Below, piece after piece: positions 29,368 through 40,248 of a DNA stretch of 64,000 nt; the stretch's first letter is position 1, and each line of letters opens with the position of its first letter. Location: assembly GCA_002347855.1 (NCBI GenBank), contig DDYE01000017.1, positions 271,685 to 335,684 on the forward strand, given 5' to 3'. Below the pieces are notes generated by a model. The model made no database searches and had not been told where the DNA came from. It worked only from the letters and a program-made list of their open reading frames with translations. Source of the stretch: Fidelibacterota bacterium UBA2242. Its GTDB lineage: Bacteria > Fidelibacterota > UBA2242. Position numbers and translations under genes: made by a program.

Positions 29368-31483
29368 TTTATTTGTCCAATTTCACGGTTTTAGCATTTA
29401 TTATTTTGTTGCCTTTTTGATTGCTTTGGGGCTTTATCTCTATCTCTCTTTGAAGAACAAAAACAGTACTCCTCGAGCCATCGAACGCTGGCTGCTGATT
29501 CTGCGGACGATAACACTGACGCTGCTATTTTTTATAGCGCTGCAACCCGAAGTGCACTGGCAGAAGCAGCATAAAATTCCGCCCAAAGTCATTCTATCTC
29601 TCGATAACTCACTCAGCATCGCAGCCCAAAAGGGATTTCAGCGTGATAGCTTATTACACAATTTGGAAGTGCTCGAAGAACATCTTGCCAAAAGAAAAAT
29701 ACGAGTGGCAAAATTGGCTTTTGACGCTGAGATAAACGAAAATATCGATGATTTTAGTCGGCTGCATTTTGATGGAGTGGCGACCAATCTTTCTGCCGTC
29801 TTAAAAAGGTTTCAAGAATCGACGGATGAAGATAATTATTTAGGAGCAATTTTAATCACGGATGGCATTGCAACCCGCGGCGAAGATCCTTTGTCTTTGA
29901 ACTTCCATCCGCGCTTTCCGGTTTTTACGGTCGGTGTTGGTGACAGTACGCCTCTATTCGACCCGCGGGTAACGAATTTAGAAATGCCACTTGTAGCAAC
30001 GACTTCTGATACCGTAAAAATAATGACCGAGATAATCCCTCTGGGTAGTGGTGAACTCCTCGATGTAGTGCTGCAGTTAGACAACAAAGTCAGCCAACGG
30101 CACTCCATTGCTACTCAGAATCGAGATTTTCGTCAGGCGGATGAATTCTGCCTGGTTATCAATAAACCGGGCATCCATAAAATCAAAGTTGCCATCCAGC
30201 CCAGGAATGACATAAATCCGTATAATAACTGGTCAGAGAGCACGATTCGAATCAATACCGATAAAATCAATATCGTATTAATTGATGGCAGTGGTTCTTT
30301 CGAGGGTAAATTTCTAAAAACTACACTTGGGCGAATGCCTGTAGTGAACGTTATTAACTTAATTCAAACTCAGAAAAATTATATTCCGATACCTTTATCG
30401 GCAGTCCTACCGCGTAAATGGCAGGGCTTGGTCTTAATTGGTTATCCCACTACTAATACTGAGGTCGGTGATTTGACTAAGCTCAAGCGCAAAATTGCTG
30501 CGGAAAAAATTCCGCTCTGGTTTATCATCAATGAGCAAACCGATTTGAACAAGCTAGCAATACTGAGTGGTGAACCGATTTTGCAGGAGATTGTGATAAA
30601 TAAAAGTTCCGAGTCAGTGAATGTCAATTTCAATGAAAGCAATCGGTCACATTCACTCCTTCAAAATATCGGCCTGTATTTTGGTTCTACGCGGGACCTG
30701 GCGAACTTACCGCCATTGGGCATGCCATTTAAAAAGGTAAAACTTGACCCTGACTGGCAGGTTCTTATAAGAGCGGCACCGCCTTACGACTCGCCCATAA
30801 TCGCTTGTCGAGAAACTGGTTTGGTGCGGCAGTCTCTTTATTTAGGCAATGATTTCTGGCGCTGGCAATTCATGAGCGGGGAAGAGAGTGGCTTTTATGA
30901 TGAGTTAGTTAGAAGTACTTTAAGCTGGCTCAGCGATACTTTAAGCCAATCGAATGTACTCCTTTCTATGAATCGGGAAGTATTTTTAAAAGGTGAGGTC
31001 TTAGAAATCGGTGCGCAGGTGTTCGATTTGAAAGGCAAATCTCTTTCCCATGCTTCTGTCGTCGCTAAAATAATCGATGCTAAGGAAGATGCGGTGCTAA
31101 TTCCACTGCAATGGGATGGCTCCCGCTACCTCGGCGAATATCTCTGCGCAGCGGATGGTGAATTTAAACTGCAGCTGAACGCGACGGTTGGTAGTTTCAC
31201 TTATAAGCAGCCGGAACGAATTTTCAAGGTGACTGACCAACCTATTGAACTAATGCAATTGAGGCAAAATGCAGGAGTACTGCACTCGCTTGCCCAGCGT
31301 TCCGGTGGTGAATTAATTAATCCAGTTGGTATGATGAATCTTGCGGATCGCTTTACTTATAAGGAGAAAATCATCACCGTCCAACAAACCCTTAAGTTGT
31401 GGCGTTCAGGAGGAATGTTAATTCTGCTGATGATTTTACTGGTTGGTGAGTGGGTATTAAGACGGCGCTTTGGCTTTCAATAA
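29360..31483 (+). CDS. Membrane protein with N-terminal double-TM anchor, von Willebrand A domain and C-terminal TM (BatA-like)
   Basis: MIDAS DxSxS in VILSLDNSLSI...ITDGIATRGEDP; second IVLIDGSGSFEG segment. Hydrophobic N- and C-termini. 8-nt overlap with tsaD. Confidence 0.5.
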   Translation: MTNLFVQFHGFSIYYFVAFLIALGLYLYLSLKNKNSTPRAIERWLLILRTITLTLLFFIALQPEVHWQKQHKIPPKVILSLDNSLSIAAQKGFQRDSLLHNLEVLEEHLAKRKIRVAKLAFDAEINENIDDFSRLHFDGVATNLSAVLKRFQESTDEDNYLGAILITDGIATRGEDPLSLNFHPRFPVFTVGVGDSTPLFDPRVTNLEMPLVATTSDTVKIMTEIIPLGSGELLDVVLQLDNKVSQRHSIATQNRDFRQADEFCLVINKPGIHKIKVAIQPRNDINPYNNWSESTIRINTDKINIVLIDGSGSFEGKFLKTTLGRMPVVNVINLIQTQKNYIPIPLSAVLPRKWQGLVLIGYPTTNTEVGDLTKLKRKIAAEKIPLWFIINEQTDLNKLAILSGEPILQEIVINKSSESVNVNFNESNRSHSLLQNIGLYFGSTRDLANLPPLGMPFKKVKLDPDWQVLIRAAPPYDSPIIACRETGLVRQSLYLGNDFWRWQFMSGEESGFYDELVRSTLSWLSDTLSQSNVLLSMNREVFLKGEVLEIGAQVFDLKGKSLSHASVVAKIIDAKEDAVLIPLQWDGSRYLGEYLCAADGEFKLQLNATVGSFTYKQPERIFKVTDQPIELMQLRQNAGVLHSLAQRSGGELINPVGMMNLADRFTYKEKIITVQQTLKLWRSGGMLILLMILLVGEWVLRRRFGFQ

Positions 31484-31490
31484 AAAATCC

Positions 31491-31519
31491 TTGCCCTTTA
31501 TGCTGGAGTTAATATAATT
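31491..31519 (+). promoter_or_regulatory. Candidate promoter TTGCCC-17-TATAAT upstream of the polysaccharide locus
   Basis: ttgccc tttatgctggagttaa(17) tataat about 125 nt upstream of the first locus gene. Confidence 0.3.
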
Positions 31520-31643
31520 TCAAACGTGAAAACTACATTATGGCAAAACAAGGTCGGTCAGTAGTAATATAGAGAAGTTGCTAGTAAGTAACACGCCATC
31601 AATTCAATAAAAAAAATCTCTAAACATTTTTGGGAGGCAACTT

Positions 31644-32966
31644 ATGAAGAAGATCGCAATGGTAGGGGTTGGTTATGTCGGTTTAGTATCAGGGACCGGC
31701 TTGGCAGATTTTGGTAATGAAGTTATTTGTGTGGATATTGACGAGGACAAAATTGAGCGCCTGAAAAAAGGTATAATTCCTATTTACGAGCCCGGCTTGG
31801 CAGATTTGGTCAAAAAGAATGTGGAAAAGGGTCGTCTGAGCTTTACAACTAATTTCGTCAAAGCCATCGAACAGTCGGAAGTCATTTTCTTAGCGGTGCC
31901 AACTCCCTCAGCGCCCAATGGCGAAGTCGATTTATCCTACATCTTCAACGCTGTTGATACCATTGCAAAACACTTAAGAAGTTATAAAATCATCGTAACC
32001 AAAAGCACGGTGGAAGTCGGGACGAATGACAAAATTCGTCAGTATCTCATAGAGCATGGTGTTTCTGAAGATTTATTCGATGTGGTTTCCAATCCGGAAT
32101 TTTTACGGGAGGGTTCGGCTGTCGATGATTTCATGCGTCCTGACCGCGTCGTTATTGGTACCAGTTCTCCTAAAGCACTGGAAGTCATGCGCGAGATCTA
32201 TCGCACGTTGTATTTAATCGAGACACCAATTGTTGCCACCGACATTCGAACAGCGGAAATGATAAAGTATGCCTCCAATGCTTTTCTGGCTACTAAAATT
32301 TCTTTCATCAACGAAGTTGCCAACCTGTGTGAATTAGTCGGAGCCGATGTTCAGGTTGTGGCGAAAGCAATGGGACTGGATGGTCGTATTGGGAAGAAAT
32401 TTTTACACGCTGGACCAGGATTTGGCGGTTCTTGTTTTCCCAAAGATACCCTGGCTCTAACCAAGATTGCCGAACGGGCTGGGATGCGCGCCACGATTGT
32501 CGAAGCTGTCGTTGCCGTCAATAATAAACAGAAGAAGAGAGTCGTCGAGAAATTGCTGAAATATTTGCCTGATATCAAGAATAAGACAATTGGTATTCTG
32601 GGCTTGGCATTTAAACCCAACACGGATGATGTGCGCGAATCACCGGCTCTGACGGTAATTCAGGAAATCCTGGAGCGCGGTGGCGAAATCAAAGCCTACG
32701 ACCCCGAAGCAATGCACGAAATGCGCAAACATTTTCCTCAAATAACTTATGTAGCCTCGACTGAAGATGCCGTGAAAGGGGTTGATGCTCTCATTATCTT
32801 GACCGAATGGAACGAATTCCGTAATCTCGATTTAAATTATCTGAAGAGTCTCATGAAACGACCGATCTTGATTGACGCGCGCAACATTTACAGTCCTGAA
32901 AAAGTCCTGACGCTGGGATTTATCTATGACTGCATCGGGCGAAAAATCGAAAATAAAGTACAATAA
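31644..32966 (+). CDS. UDP-sugar 6-dehydrogenase (UDP-glucose / UDP-GlcNAc 6-dehydrogenase, Ugd/WbpA family)
   Basis: MKKIAMVGVGYVGLVSGTGLADFGNEV Rossmann motif, catalytic GGSCFPKD. 440 aa. Confidence 0.8.
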   Translation: MKKIAMVGVGYVGLVSGTGLADFGNEVICVDIDEDKIERLKKGIIPIYEPGLADLVKKNVEKGRLSFTTNFVKAIEQSEVIFLAVPTPSAPNGEVDLSYIFNAVDTIAKHLRSYKIIVTKSTVEVGTNDKIRQYLIEHGVSEDLFDVVSNPEFLREGSAVDDFMRPDRVVIGTSSPKALEVMREIYRTLYLIETPIVATDIRTAEMIKYASNAFLATKISFINEVANLCELVGADVQVVAKAMGLDGRIGKKFLHAGPGFGGSCFPKDTLALTKIAERAGMRATIVEAVVAVNNKQKKRVVEKLLKYLPDIKNKTIGILGLAFKPNTDDVRESPALTVIQEILERGGEIKAYDPEAMHEMRKHFPQITYVASTEDAVKGVDALIILTEWNEFRNLDLNYLKSLMKRPILIDARNIYSPEKVLTLGFIYDCIGRKIENKVQ

Positions 32967-33001
32967 TAAACGGTGGGATGAATATGAACCGGGAAGGGAA
33001 A

Positions 33002-34009
33002 ATGGTCTATCTGGTTACGGGTGGGGCTGGTTTCATCGGTAGTAATTACATTCATTATCTTTTTCGGCGCTACCAGAATATCAAGGTCATTAATCTTGAT
33101 AAATTGACTTATGCTGGAAACTTAGCCAATCTGACTGACCTGGAAAGTAATCCTGACTATATTTTCGTCAAAGGTGACATCTGTGACCCAGCAGTAGTAC
33201 ACCAGATATTTCTTGATTATCGTCCTAATTATGTCGTGAATTTTGCGGCTGAAAGCCATGTTGACCGAAGCATCGGTAAGCCCGATGATTTTATCCGTAC
33301 CGATATGTTTGGAGTTTTTATTTTGCTGGAAGCAGCCAAGGAATTTGGCATTGACCGCTTTATTCAAATCAGCACTGATGAGGTGTATGGTTCGATTCTC
33401 AGCGGTTCTTTTACGGAAGAGTCAACCCTGCGACCGAGTAATCCCTATTCTGCTAGCAAAGCCGGCGGCGATCGTCTGGCATATTCATATTTTGCTACCT
33501 ATGGTTTGCCGGTAATTGTGACCCGAGCCTCAAATAATTACGGACCCTATCAATATCCTGAAAAGTTGATTCCTCTCTTTGTAACTAACGCCATCGAAGA
33601 CAAACCCTTACCGCTTTACGGTGATGGAAAAAACATTCGTGACTGGTTATTTGTCGAAGATCACTGTGACGCTATTGAATTTATCTTGCGGAATGGCAAG
33701 AATGGCGAAGTTTATAACATTGCTGGTGGTAGTGAAAAAGAAAATATCGAAATCACAAACCTCATTTTGGAGTTAGTTGGCAAACCTAAAAACTTAATCA
33801 GATATGTGCCAGACCGAATCGGACATGACCGGCGCTATTCACTGGATGCTACGAAATTAAAAAATTTAGGCTGGCAAGCGAGTCACAATTTCCGAGAAGC
33901 AATCGAATTAACAGTTAATTGGTATATCGAACATCCCGAATGGTGGAAACCACTCAAGAGCGGCGAATATCTCGAGTTTTATAAAAAACATTATAAAATG
34001 GAGCTGTGA
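33002..34009 (+). CDS. rfbB: dTDP-glucose 4,6-dehydratase
   Basis: MVYLVTGGAGFIGSN..., YSASKAGGD catalytic YxxxK, extended SDR. GGGAAGGGA RBS; the tool ORF starts at 32978. Confidence 0.85.
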   Translation: MVYLVTGGAGFIGSNYIHYLFRRYQNIKVINLDKLTYAGNLANLTDLESNPDYIFVKGDICDPAVVHQIFLDYRPNYVVNFAAESHVDRSIGKPDDFIRTDMFGVFILLEAAKEFGIDRFIQISTDEVYGSILSGSFTEESTLRPSNPYSASKAGGDRLAYSYFATYGLPVIVTRASNNYGPYQYPEKLIPLFVTNAIEDKPLPLYGDGKNIRDWLFVEDHCDAIEFILRNGKNGEVYNIAGGSEKENIEITNLILELVGKPKNLIRYVPDRIGHDRRYSLDATKLKNLGWQASHNFREAIELTVNWYIEHPEWWKPLKSGEYLEFYKKHYKMEL

Positions 34010-35652
34010 AAAAATTGATAAAAAGCCGTTTTTCAATCGCTTTGCTTTGTGTCCTGACATTTGCTAAGGCCCAAACTTATTTTCCAAGTTCTAACCTTTC
34101 CCAAATAAGCTCAAGCTTGGGGTTACGAACACAGACGACGGGGGCTTATGAACGTTTAACGCCGGGTGATTATCAATCCATCGACGAAAATGAGTATCAG
34201 ATAGACGCGGGTGATGAACTGACAGTCAAAATTGACCCACCCGGTCCTGAGATTAAGACATACTCTGTCAAAATAACGTCGGATGGCTACTTCGTTGTCC
34301 CAGACGCTCCTGGAATTTATCTGCGCGGTATGAAGTTGTGTGATGCCCGCCAAAAGGTCAGTAGTCATTTAAAAAAATATTGTCCCGATTCCGAAGTCGA
34401 ATTCTATCTGGAAAAAGTTCACCCCATTAAAATCAATCTTACTGGTGCTCTCGAAATTGTCAAGGATTGGAATCTGAATTCAGGCTATCGCTTGTTCGAT
34501 TTTTTAGAGCAACTGATTACCGTCTATCGCAACGACTCGCTCCTCAATCTAAAATTGAATCAGGCCTCTTTACGTAATGTCAGCCTCAAACAATCCGATA
34601 CCACTTATTCTTTTGATTGGTGGGCGTATCGAACTGAGTTAACCCAACAACCAAACCCCTATTTGAGAGATAACGATTTAATCAATATTCCTTATCGTGA
34701 TACAAGTTACTATTTGATAAGTATTGCCGGAGCGGTAGGCAATGAGACTAAGTTTGAATTTAAACCGGGTGATGATTTACATACTGCGTTGACTTTTGCC
34801 GGTAGCGTACTTCCATCGGCCGATTCTAATCGGATTGAAGTATACCGTTTTAAAGGAAAGAGTGACCAGTTCGATATTCTGACTCTCCAGATACCTCGGG
34901 ATTTGCATTTTTTGCTCCTTCCTGATGACAGGATTTATGTACGGACTAAACCGCTGTTTCATTCCAAGGCTTTTGTCATTATGACTGGAGAGCTCAAGTA
35001 TCCCGGAATTTATCCAATCGAAGAGGACCGCACAACTTTGTCCGAAGTGGTCCGGCAGGCAGGTGGTTTTTCACCTTATGCTTCAATTAAACACGCGCGC
35101 TTATATCGCATTTTAGGAGTACCCGGTGGGGCAGAACTGCGGAAATTGATTCAATCCATGCCCCAATCAATGTCTTTAAGCTGGATTGAAGGCAATTTCT
35201 GGCGCTCGGCTGCTAAAGAGAATCTCAGCATTGTTGCCTGCGATTTTGAAAAACTGTTTAATCAGAAGGATAAATCCCAGGAAGTGGTCTTGAAAAACCT
35301 GGATAAGATTTTTGTGCCTTCGACCCAATCATTTGTCTTTGTAACCGGTGCGGTGGTCAATCCAGGAACAGTCCCCTATGTCCCTAACTGGACTTATCGG
35401 GATTATATTCGTGCAGCTGGAGGAGCGAAAAATCGTGCCCGACTTGGACGTATCAAAGTCATAAAGCATAATACCGAGACTTGGTTGGATGTTAAACAAG
35501 CCAAGGAAATCGAACCGGGTGACCGCATTTTTATACCCCTAAAAGACGAACAAGAACCGTGGACGATTTTTATGCAAGGATTGACAGTTGTGACCCAAAT
35601 TATAACGATTATTATCGTGTTACGCAATATTAATCCAAAGGTGACCGGATGA
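34006..35652 (+). CDS. Polysaccharide export outer-membrane protein (Wza-like, SLBB domains)
   Basis: Signal peptide MKKLIKSRFSIALLCVLTFAKAQ, repeated beta-grasp SLBB-like segments, C-terminal TM helix. Confidence 0.6.
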   Translation: MKKLIKSRFSIALLCVLTFAKAQTYFPSSNLSQISSSLGLRTQTTGAYERLTPGDYQSIDENEYQIDAGDELTVKIDPPGPEIKTYSVKITSDGYFVVPDAPGIYLRGMKLCDARQKVSSHLKKYCPDSEVEFYLEKVHPIKINLTGALEIVKDWNLNSGYRLFDFLEQLITVYRNDSLLNLKLNQASLRNVSLKQSDTTYSFDWWAYRTELTQQPNPYLRDNDLINIPYRDTSYYLISIAGAVGNETKFEFKPGDDLHTALTFAGSVLPSADSNRIEVYRFKGKSDQFDILTLQIPRDLHFLLLPDDRIYVRTKPLFHSKAFVIMTGELKYPGIYPIEEDRTTLSEVVRQAGGFSPYASIKHARLYRILGVPGGAELRKLIQSMPQSMSLSWIEGNFWRSAAKENLSIVACDFEKLFNQKDKSQEVVLKNLDKIFVPSTQSFVFVTGAVVNPGTVPYVPNWTYRDYIRAAGGAKNRARLGRIKVIKHNTETWLDVKQAKEIEPGDRIFIPLKDEQEPWTIFMQGLTVVTQIITIIIVLRNINPKVTG

Positions 35653-36635
35653 ATGAACATGCAGTAAGACACCCGTTAATTTTCTTCATTTGGCGTCATT
35701 GGTTGCGCAATTTTCTAATTTATATTTTAATTTGTATAGCAATTTTTATCAAGATTTTCTTCTATACAGATAAGGAGTATACCGCCAGTTTGACGATTAT
35801 ACCCAGCGCTGCCAATTTTGCTTCTGGCATAAGTGGACAGGTCGGTGTATTAGCCGGTCTGGCGGGTATTAATCTTGCTAATATCTCCGGTCAGAGCCAG
35901 GAAATGTATAAGGGAATTTTGACTTCACGGCGGTTATTGACGACAGTGTTATTTGATTCATTTACCGTTAGTAATCCAACCTTACCGCAAAAAGCTCGCC
36001 TGATTGACTATCTTGATATAGAAGGGCGTGACGGGCGGGATTCTCTGGAAAAAGCCCTAAAAAAATGCAATGAAGAGGTACTCGGAATTGGTATCAATGC
36101 TGATAATAATATACTAAACCTATCTGTTACCCTGCGCGATCCCTTTCTTGCCGCTGCAGTTGCCAATCGTATGGTAATATTACTCGATGAGATCGTCCAG
36201 AAGCAGGTTCAGCGAGAATATCGCGAACAGTTTAATTATCTGACATCGCGTCTGGCTGAAACGGAAAGCAACCTGAAAGTTGCGGAAGAGAAATTGAAAA
36301 ATTTCCTGGAAAATGTACGTAATCCTAATTTACCTTCTAATCAGGTCGAAGAATTGCGCTTACGGCGGGAATTAGAATTACAATCGGTTATTTATGCCGA
36401 GCTGCAAAAACAGAAAGAGACACTGATTTTGCAGAATATGATAAACCTCAGCCATATCAAAATCCTCGACCATGCCATTCCACCGTACCGTAAGAGTAAA
36501 CCCAAGCGGGCTTTGATGCTAATAAGCTTAAGTTGTTTGGCTGCGGTTGGGTTGATAGGTGTTAATGGGAGCCTCTTAATTTATCGGAAACTTAAGCAGG
36601 ATTTTAATCACAGTCAGCTTGAACTTGAAAAATAA
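35649..36635 (+). CDS. Chain-length determinant (Wzz/PCP-like) protein
   Basis: N- and C-terminal TM helices flanking a coiled-coil-rich periplasmic region (AETESNLKVAEEKLKNFLENV...). Confidence 0.5.
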   Translation: MNEHAVRHPLIFFIWRHWLRNFLIYILICIAIFIKIFFYTDKEYTASLTIIPSAANFASGISGQVGVLAGLAGINLANISGQSQEMYKGILTSRRLLTTVLFDSFTVSNPTLPQKARLIDYLDIEGRDGRDSLEKALKKCNEEVLGIGINADNNILNLSVTLRDPFLAAAVANRMVILLDEIVQKQVQREYREQFNYLTSRLAETESNLKVAEEKLKNFLENVRNPNLPSNQVEELRLRRELELQSVIYAELQKQKETLILQNMINLSHIKILDHAIPPYRKSKPKRALMLISLSCLAAVGLIGVNGSLLIYRKLKQDFNHSQLELEK

Positions 36636-37923
36636 CCATTTCCGGCAATATCTCAACAATCGGGAATACCGCAAATTGGCATTTAACTTTACCAATTTTG
36701 GGGTATTTCAGGTCATTAATTATATAATTCCCTTAGTAGTCATTCCATATATTGTACGCGTCATTGGAGTTGAGAAGTTTGGTATCATAAGCTTTGCTCA
36801 AGCTATTTGCTACTATCTACTGATTGTTGTTGAGTATGGTTTTACAATAACTGGTGTCCAACTAATTGCCCAAAATCGTCATAATCAAGCCAAACAGTCT
36901 GAGATATTTTCATCGATAATTATTATTCAAATATTGCTTATGATACTTGGCTTGGCTCTCATCGGGTTAGGAGCACTCCTTTTTCAAGAGGTGCGCCAAT
37001 ATTTTTTGATTTATCTTTTTTCCTATTTGTTGATTCCAGGACAAATAATGGTCGCCCTCTGGTTTTTTATCGGGGTAGAGGAGATGCAGTATCTCAATTA
37101 TGTTAATCTCATTGCCCGCTTAAGCTATATTGCCTTAGTATTTTTATTAGTTCATCACGAAAGTGACTATCCTCGGATTCCTTTGCTTAATGGCATTTCC
37201 TATATTCTGGGAGGGATTTTTAGTCTGGGATTTATCTTTCGCAAATTTAAAATCCGTTTGCAACTGGTTGGAATAGATAAACTGTGGTTTTATTTAAAAG
37301 ACGGGTGGCATCTCTTTGTATCCAATTTTGCTATTAACTTATATCGTAACTCAAATGTAGTCCTCCTCGGTCTGGTCGCCAGTAAAGAGGTTGTCGGCAT
37401 TTATAGTGCTGGTGAGAAAGTAATAAAAGTATTTCAGTCGGTATTTACTCCAATTACACAGACTCTATTTCCATATTTCTCGCGAATTAAAACATCTCAT
37501 CCTGAACGGAGTTTACGATCTATTAAGCTCTTATTAAGAGTTATGTCGCTATTTGCAGGGACGATTACTGTTCTATTAATGCTGGGAGCCAAGCCCTTGA
37601 CAATCCTCATTCTGGGTAAAAGTTTTCTATCCGCCCAGGCAATAATTAAAATCACAGCCGCGGTAGTAACTCTGGGTGTCTTGAATTACATCCTGGGCAT
37701 TATATTTATGACCAATTACGGTCTAAAGCGTGAATTTTCACGGAGTGTTCTTTTGACGGGTGTGTTCAATCTCTTTATTTGTCTCGGACTGTCCTATTTT
37801 TGTCAAGCTATAGGCGCAGCCATAGCCTTCACGGCTGCGGAATTTTTTCTCTTTACTCTTTTAGTTTATTTTATCTTGCGTAATAAATCAAAATGGATGC
37901 AGACTGATGATTTCCAAAGTTGA
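36619..37923 (+). CDS. Oligosaccharide-unit flippase (Wzx-like polysaccharide biosynthesis protein)
   Basis: Polytopic, about 12 TM, 434 aa; position and composition typical of Wzx/MOP-superfamily flippases. Confidence 0.55.
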   Translation: MNLKNNHFRQYLNNREYRKLAFNFTNFGVFQVINYIIPLVVIPYIVRVIGVEKFGIISFAQAICYYLLIVVEYGFTITGVQLIAQNRHNQAKQSEIFSSIIIIQILLMILGLALIGLGALLFQEVRQYFLIYLFSYLLIPGQIMVALWFFIGVEEMQYLNYVNLIARLSYIALVFLLVHHESDYPRIPLLNGISYILGGIFSLGFIFRKFKIRLQLVGIDKLWFYLKDGWHLFVSNFAINLYRNSNVVLLGLVASKEVVGIYSAGEKVIKVFQSVFTPITQTLFPYFSRIKTSHPERSLRSIKLLLRVMSLFAGTITVLLMLGAKPLTILILGKSFLSAQAIIKITAAVVTLGVLNYILGIIFMTNYGLKREFSRSVLLTGVFNLFICLGLSYFCQAIGAAIAFTAAEFFLFTLLVYFILRNKSKWMQTDDFQS

Positions 37924-38971
37924 GCCACTCGTAACTATTATCATCTTAAACTGGAATAAATGGCAAGATACAGTCGAATGTCTCGCAAGCTTGAGCCATC
38001 TTACTTATCCTAATTATCGTATTGTGCTGGTCGATAATAATTCACTTAATGATTCTGTGACTCAGATAAAGGCTTTCTTAACGGGTCAGAGAGTGGAAGG
38101 CATTCAGACTCATTTCTCTCAATTGGTTGAAAGACCCGATATGACCAAACTGCAATTCATGATTCAAAAGATTGATAATTACCCATTCGATTATTCCTCT
38201 TTTCAAGATGACAGCGGGCAACATTTATGGTTGTTGCTTTCGGAAAACCTTGGTTTTGCGCGGGCAAATAACTTAGCAATTGCAATAGCTAGCCAGCTCT
38301 ATAACCCGGATTATTTCTTTTTGTTGAACAATGATACTGTCGTTGAACCTGATGCCGTGACGCATTTAGTGACGGCTATGACTTCCGACGCGACGATTGC
38401 CGCGGCGCAACCGGTCATTTACTATTATTCTAATCCCGTTCAGATTGCCAATGCGGGAGGCATAATTTTGCCCTGGGGACAGACACGCTATTATACCAAA
38501 ATTAGAGCCCATACCTGGCAGAAAATTACGTTCATCAATGGTTGTGCCCTTTTTTTACGTCGAGAAACTATCGAAAAGTTCGGCGCACTCACCGAGCGTT
38601 TCTTTTTTGCGGAAGAGGATTTTGAATATAGTCTACGCTTAAAACGGCAGCGTGCCAGGGCAATTTGTGTTGCTGATAGTAAGATATATCATAAAATCGG
38701 AGCATCAGAGATTGCACAAAATATTGAACGGAAAGTGGTTTTATTTGCCGTCAACCGGCTGGTTGACCTGAAACATTACTATGTGCCTATTATCTGGCGT
38801 TTCTGGGCAAGCCTTAGTTTGCTCTATTTCTGGGGTCTCTTGTTTTTTAAATATCGGGTTGGCTGGAAAAAGTCTGCTAATCTAATTTCTGAAGCCAGGC
38901 AATGGGTTCATCAAGTTTCTGAAGTTGATAAAGATACGGTTATGGCAATTCTCCGAAGGGGCGTTCAGTGA
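37907..38971 (+). CDS. Glycosyltransferase family 2
   Basis: VTIIILNWNKWQDTVECLASL...YRIVLVDNNS, a GT-A N-terminal motif, and a DxD-like FAEEDFE. Confidence 0.7.
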   Translation: MISKVEPLVTIIILNWNKWQDTVECLASLSHLTYPNYRIVLVDNNSLNDSVTQIKAFLTGQRVEGIQTHFSQLVERPDMTKLQFMIQKIDNYPFDYSSFQDDSGQHLWLLLSENLGFARANNLAIAIASQLYNPDYFFLLNNDTVVEPDAVTHLVTAMTSDATIAAAQPVIYYYSNPVQIANAGGIILPWGQTRYYTKIRAHTWQKITFINGCALFLRRETIEKFGALTERFFFAEEDFEYSLRLKRQRARAICVADSKIYHKIGASEIAQNIERKVVLFAVNRLVDLKHYYVPIIWRFWASLSLLYFWGLLFFKYRVGWKKSANLISEARQWVHQVSEVDKDTVMAILRRGVQ

Positions 38972-40248
38972 TTTTACAACTCACCAGTTTAATGTTTGCG
39001 GGAATTGTAACCTGTCTGACAGTTTTTGATAAGCGTCGCCTTAATACTATTTTAACGCCCTTCACAGTAACTGCCTGGCCCTTTGTGATAATATCTTTGT
39101 TGGTCAATTTTGTTCTGGTTTTTCTACAATTCAAGCCAATGACTCTGCGGGTACATTTTTTTATTTTAGCGAATTTGCTCATCCTCTGGCTTAGTGGTTT
39201 TGTGCTTGCCTTTTTTGTCAATGGAGGCAACCAGAGATTAGATGAGACTCCTTTGAGCGCTATTTTCAAGGTGTTTGCATCTTACGAACTTTTTCTTGTG
39301 ACAGTTAGTTGGTTAATTATTGTTGTGACTCTCTATCGGGCTTATAGCCTGCTAAGGATTTATGGTGGATTTACCTTCTTAGGTGACTATCGTTTTGAAG
39401 AATTGATGATTGTTGGTCCCGTTGCCCATCTTGTGCAAGTTGGTAAGGTCTGTTTTCTTTTGCTCTGCTTTATTTATAAGAATTCTAAGCACAAAGTGTT
39501 AATTTGGTTGACGCTGGCTGGATTGTTCATTGCTATTGCTGCTATTCAGGTGAAATACCATCTGCTCTGGTTGTTAATCATAGCGTACTTTTTCTATTAC
39601 CTTGAGAAGCCGGTAAAACAGCAGGTCAAAAATTTACTTTTAGTTATGTTTAGTGTGATAGTAATTATGAATTTGTTCTGGATTCTGCTGACCTTAGCGT
39701 GGGGGACTTTCTCCATTTCCAGTCGAGGTATCCATGAATTTTTAATTAAACAGACCATGAATTATATTACAACCGGTCCAGTAGCCTTAGACCAGTGGTT
39801 ATCGCATGGAGACTGTAAGCCAGAGTGGACGCTTTTGCTCGTATTCCTGAATTTGAAAAATGTAATTATGGGTAATCCTCTCCGGTTAAGTGGTTTAAAC
39901 TATGTCAATCTGGGTTTTATCGAGACGGGTCCAGGTTTGAGTTCTAATGTTGGTACCGCGTACGGGGTATATTATCTCATTGGTGGCTGGGTGTTTACTC
40001 TTTTTATGACAACCATAGTTTCGCTTTTTTCATACTGGATATTTTACAAAACTCGGCAGCGGAAAAATCCTTACTTAGTATTTTTTAATCTTCTGGCATT
40101 AACCTTAGGAGTTTTGACTTTTTTCGTCCAGTATTTTACTCTCCTGTCACTTTACGAAATGACAGCAATCTATATGTTCTTAATTGCCGTTTTTCAGTTC
40201 TTGAATTATATGAAAGCCCAACAATTACCGATAGAGTTAAGCCATTGA
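38968..40248 (+). CDS. Polytopic membrane protein, candidate O-antigen/oligosaccharide polymerase (Wzy-like)
   Basis: About 11-12 TM helices with a larger loop near the C-terminal third. Locus context with Wzx and Wzz. Confidence 0.45.
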   Translation: MILQLTSLMFAGIVTCLTVFDKRRLNTILTPFTVTAWPFVIISLLVNFVLVFLQFKPMTLRVHFFILANLLILWLSGFVLAFFVNGGNQRLDETPLSAIFKVFASYELFLVTVSWLIIVVTLYRAYSLLRIYGGFTFLGDYRFEELMIVGPVAHLVQVGKVCFLLLCFIYKNSKHKVLIWLTLAGLFIAIAAIQVKYHLLWLLIIAYFFYYLEKPVKQQVKNLLLVMFSVIVIMNLFWILLTLAWGTFSISSRGIHEFLIKQTMNYITTGPVALDQWLSHGDCKPEWTLLLVFLNLKNVIMGNPLRLSGLNYVNLGFIETGPGLSSNVGTAYGVYYLIGGWVFTLFMTTIVSLFSYWIFYKTRQRKNPYLVFFNLLALTLGVLTFFVQYFTLLSLYEMTAIYMFLIAVFQFLNYMKAQQLPIELSH

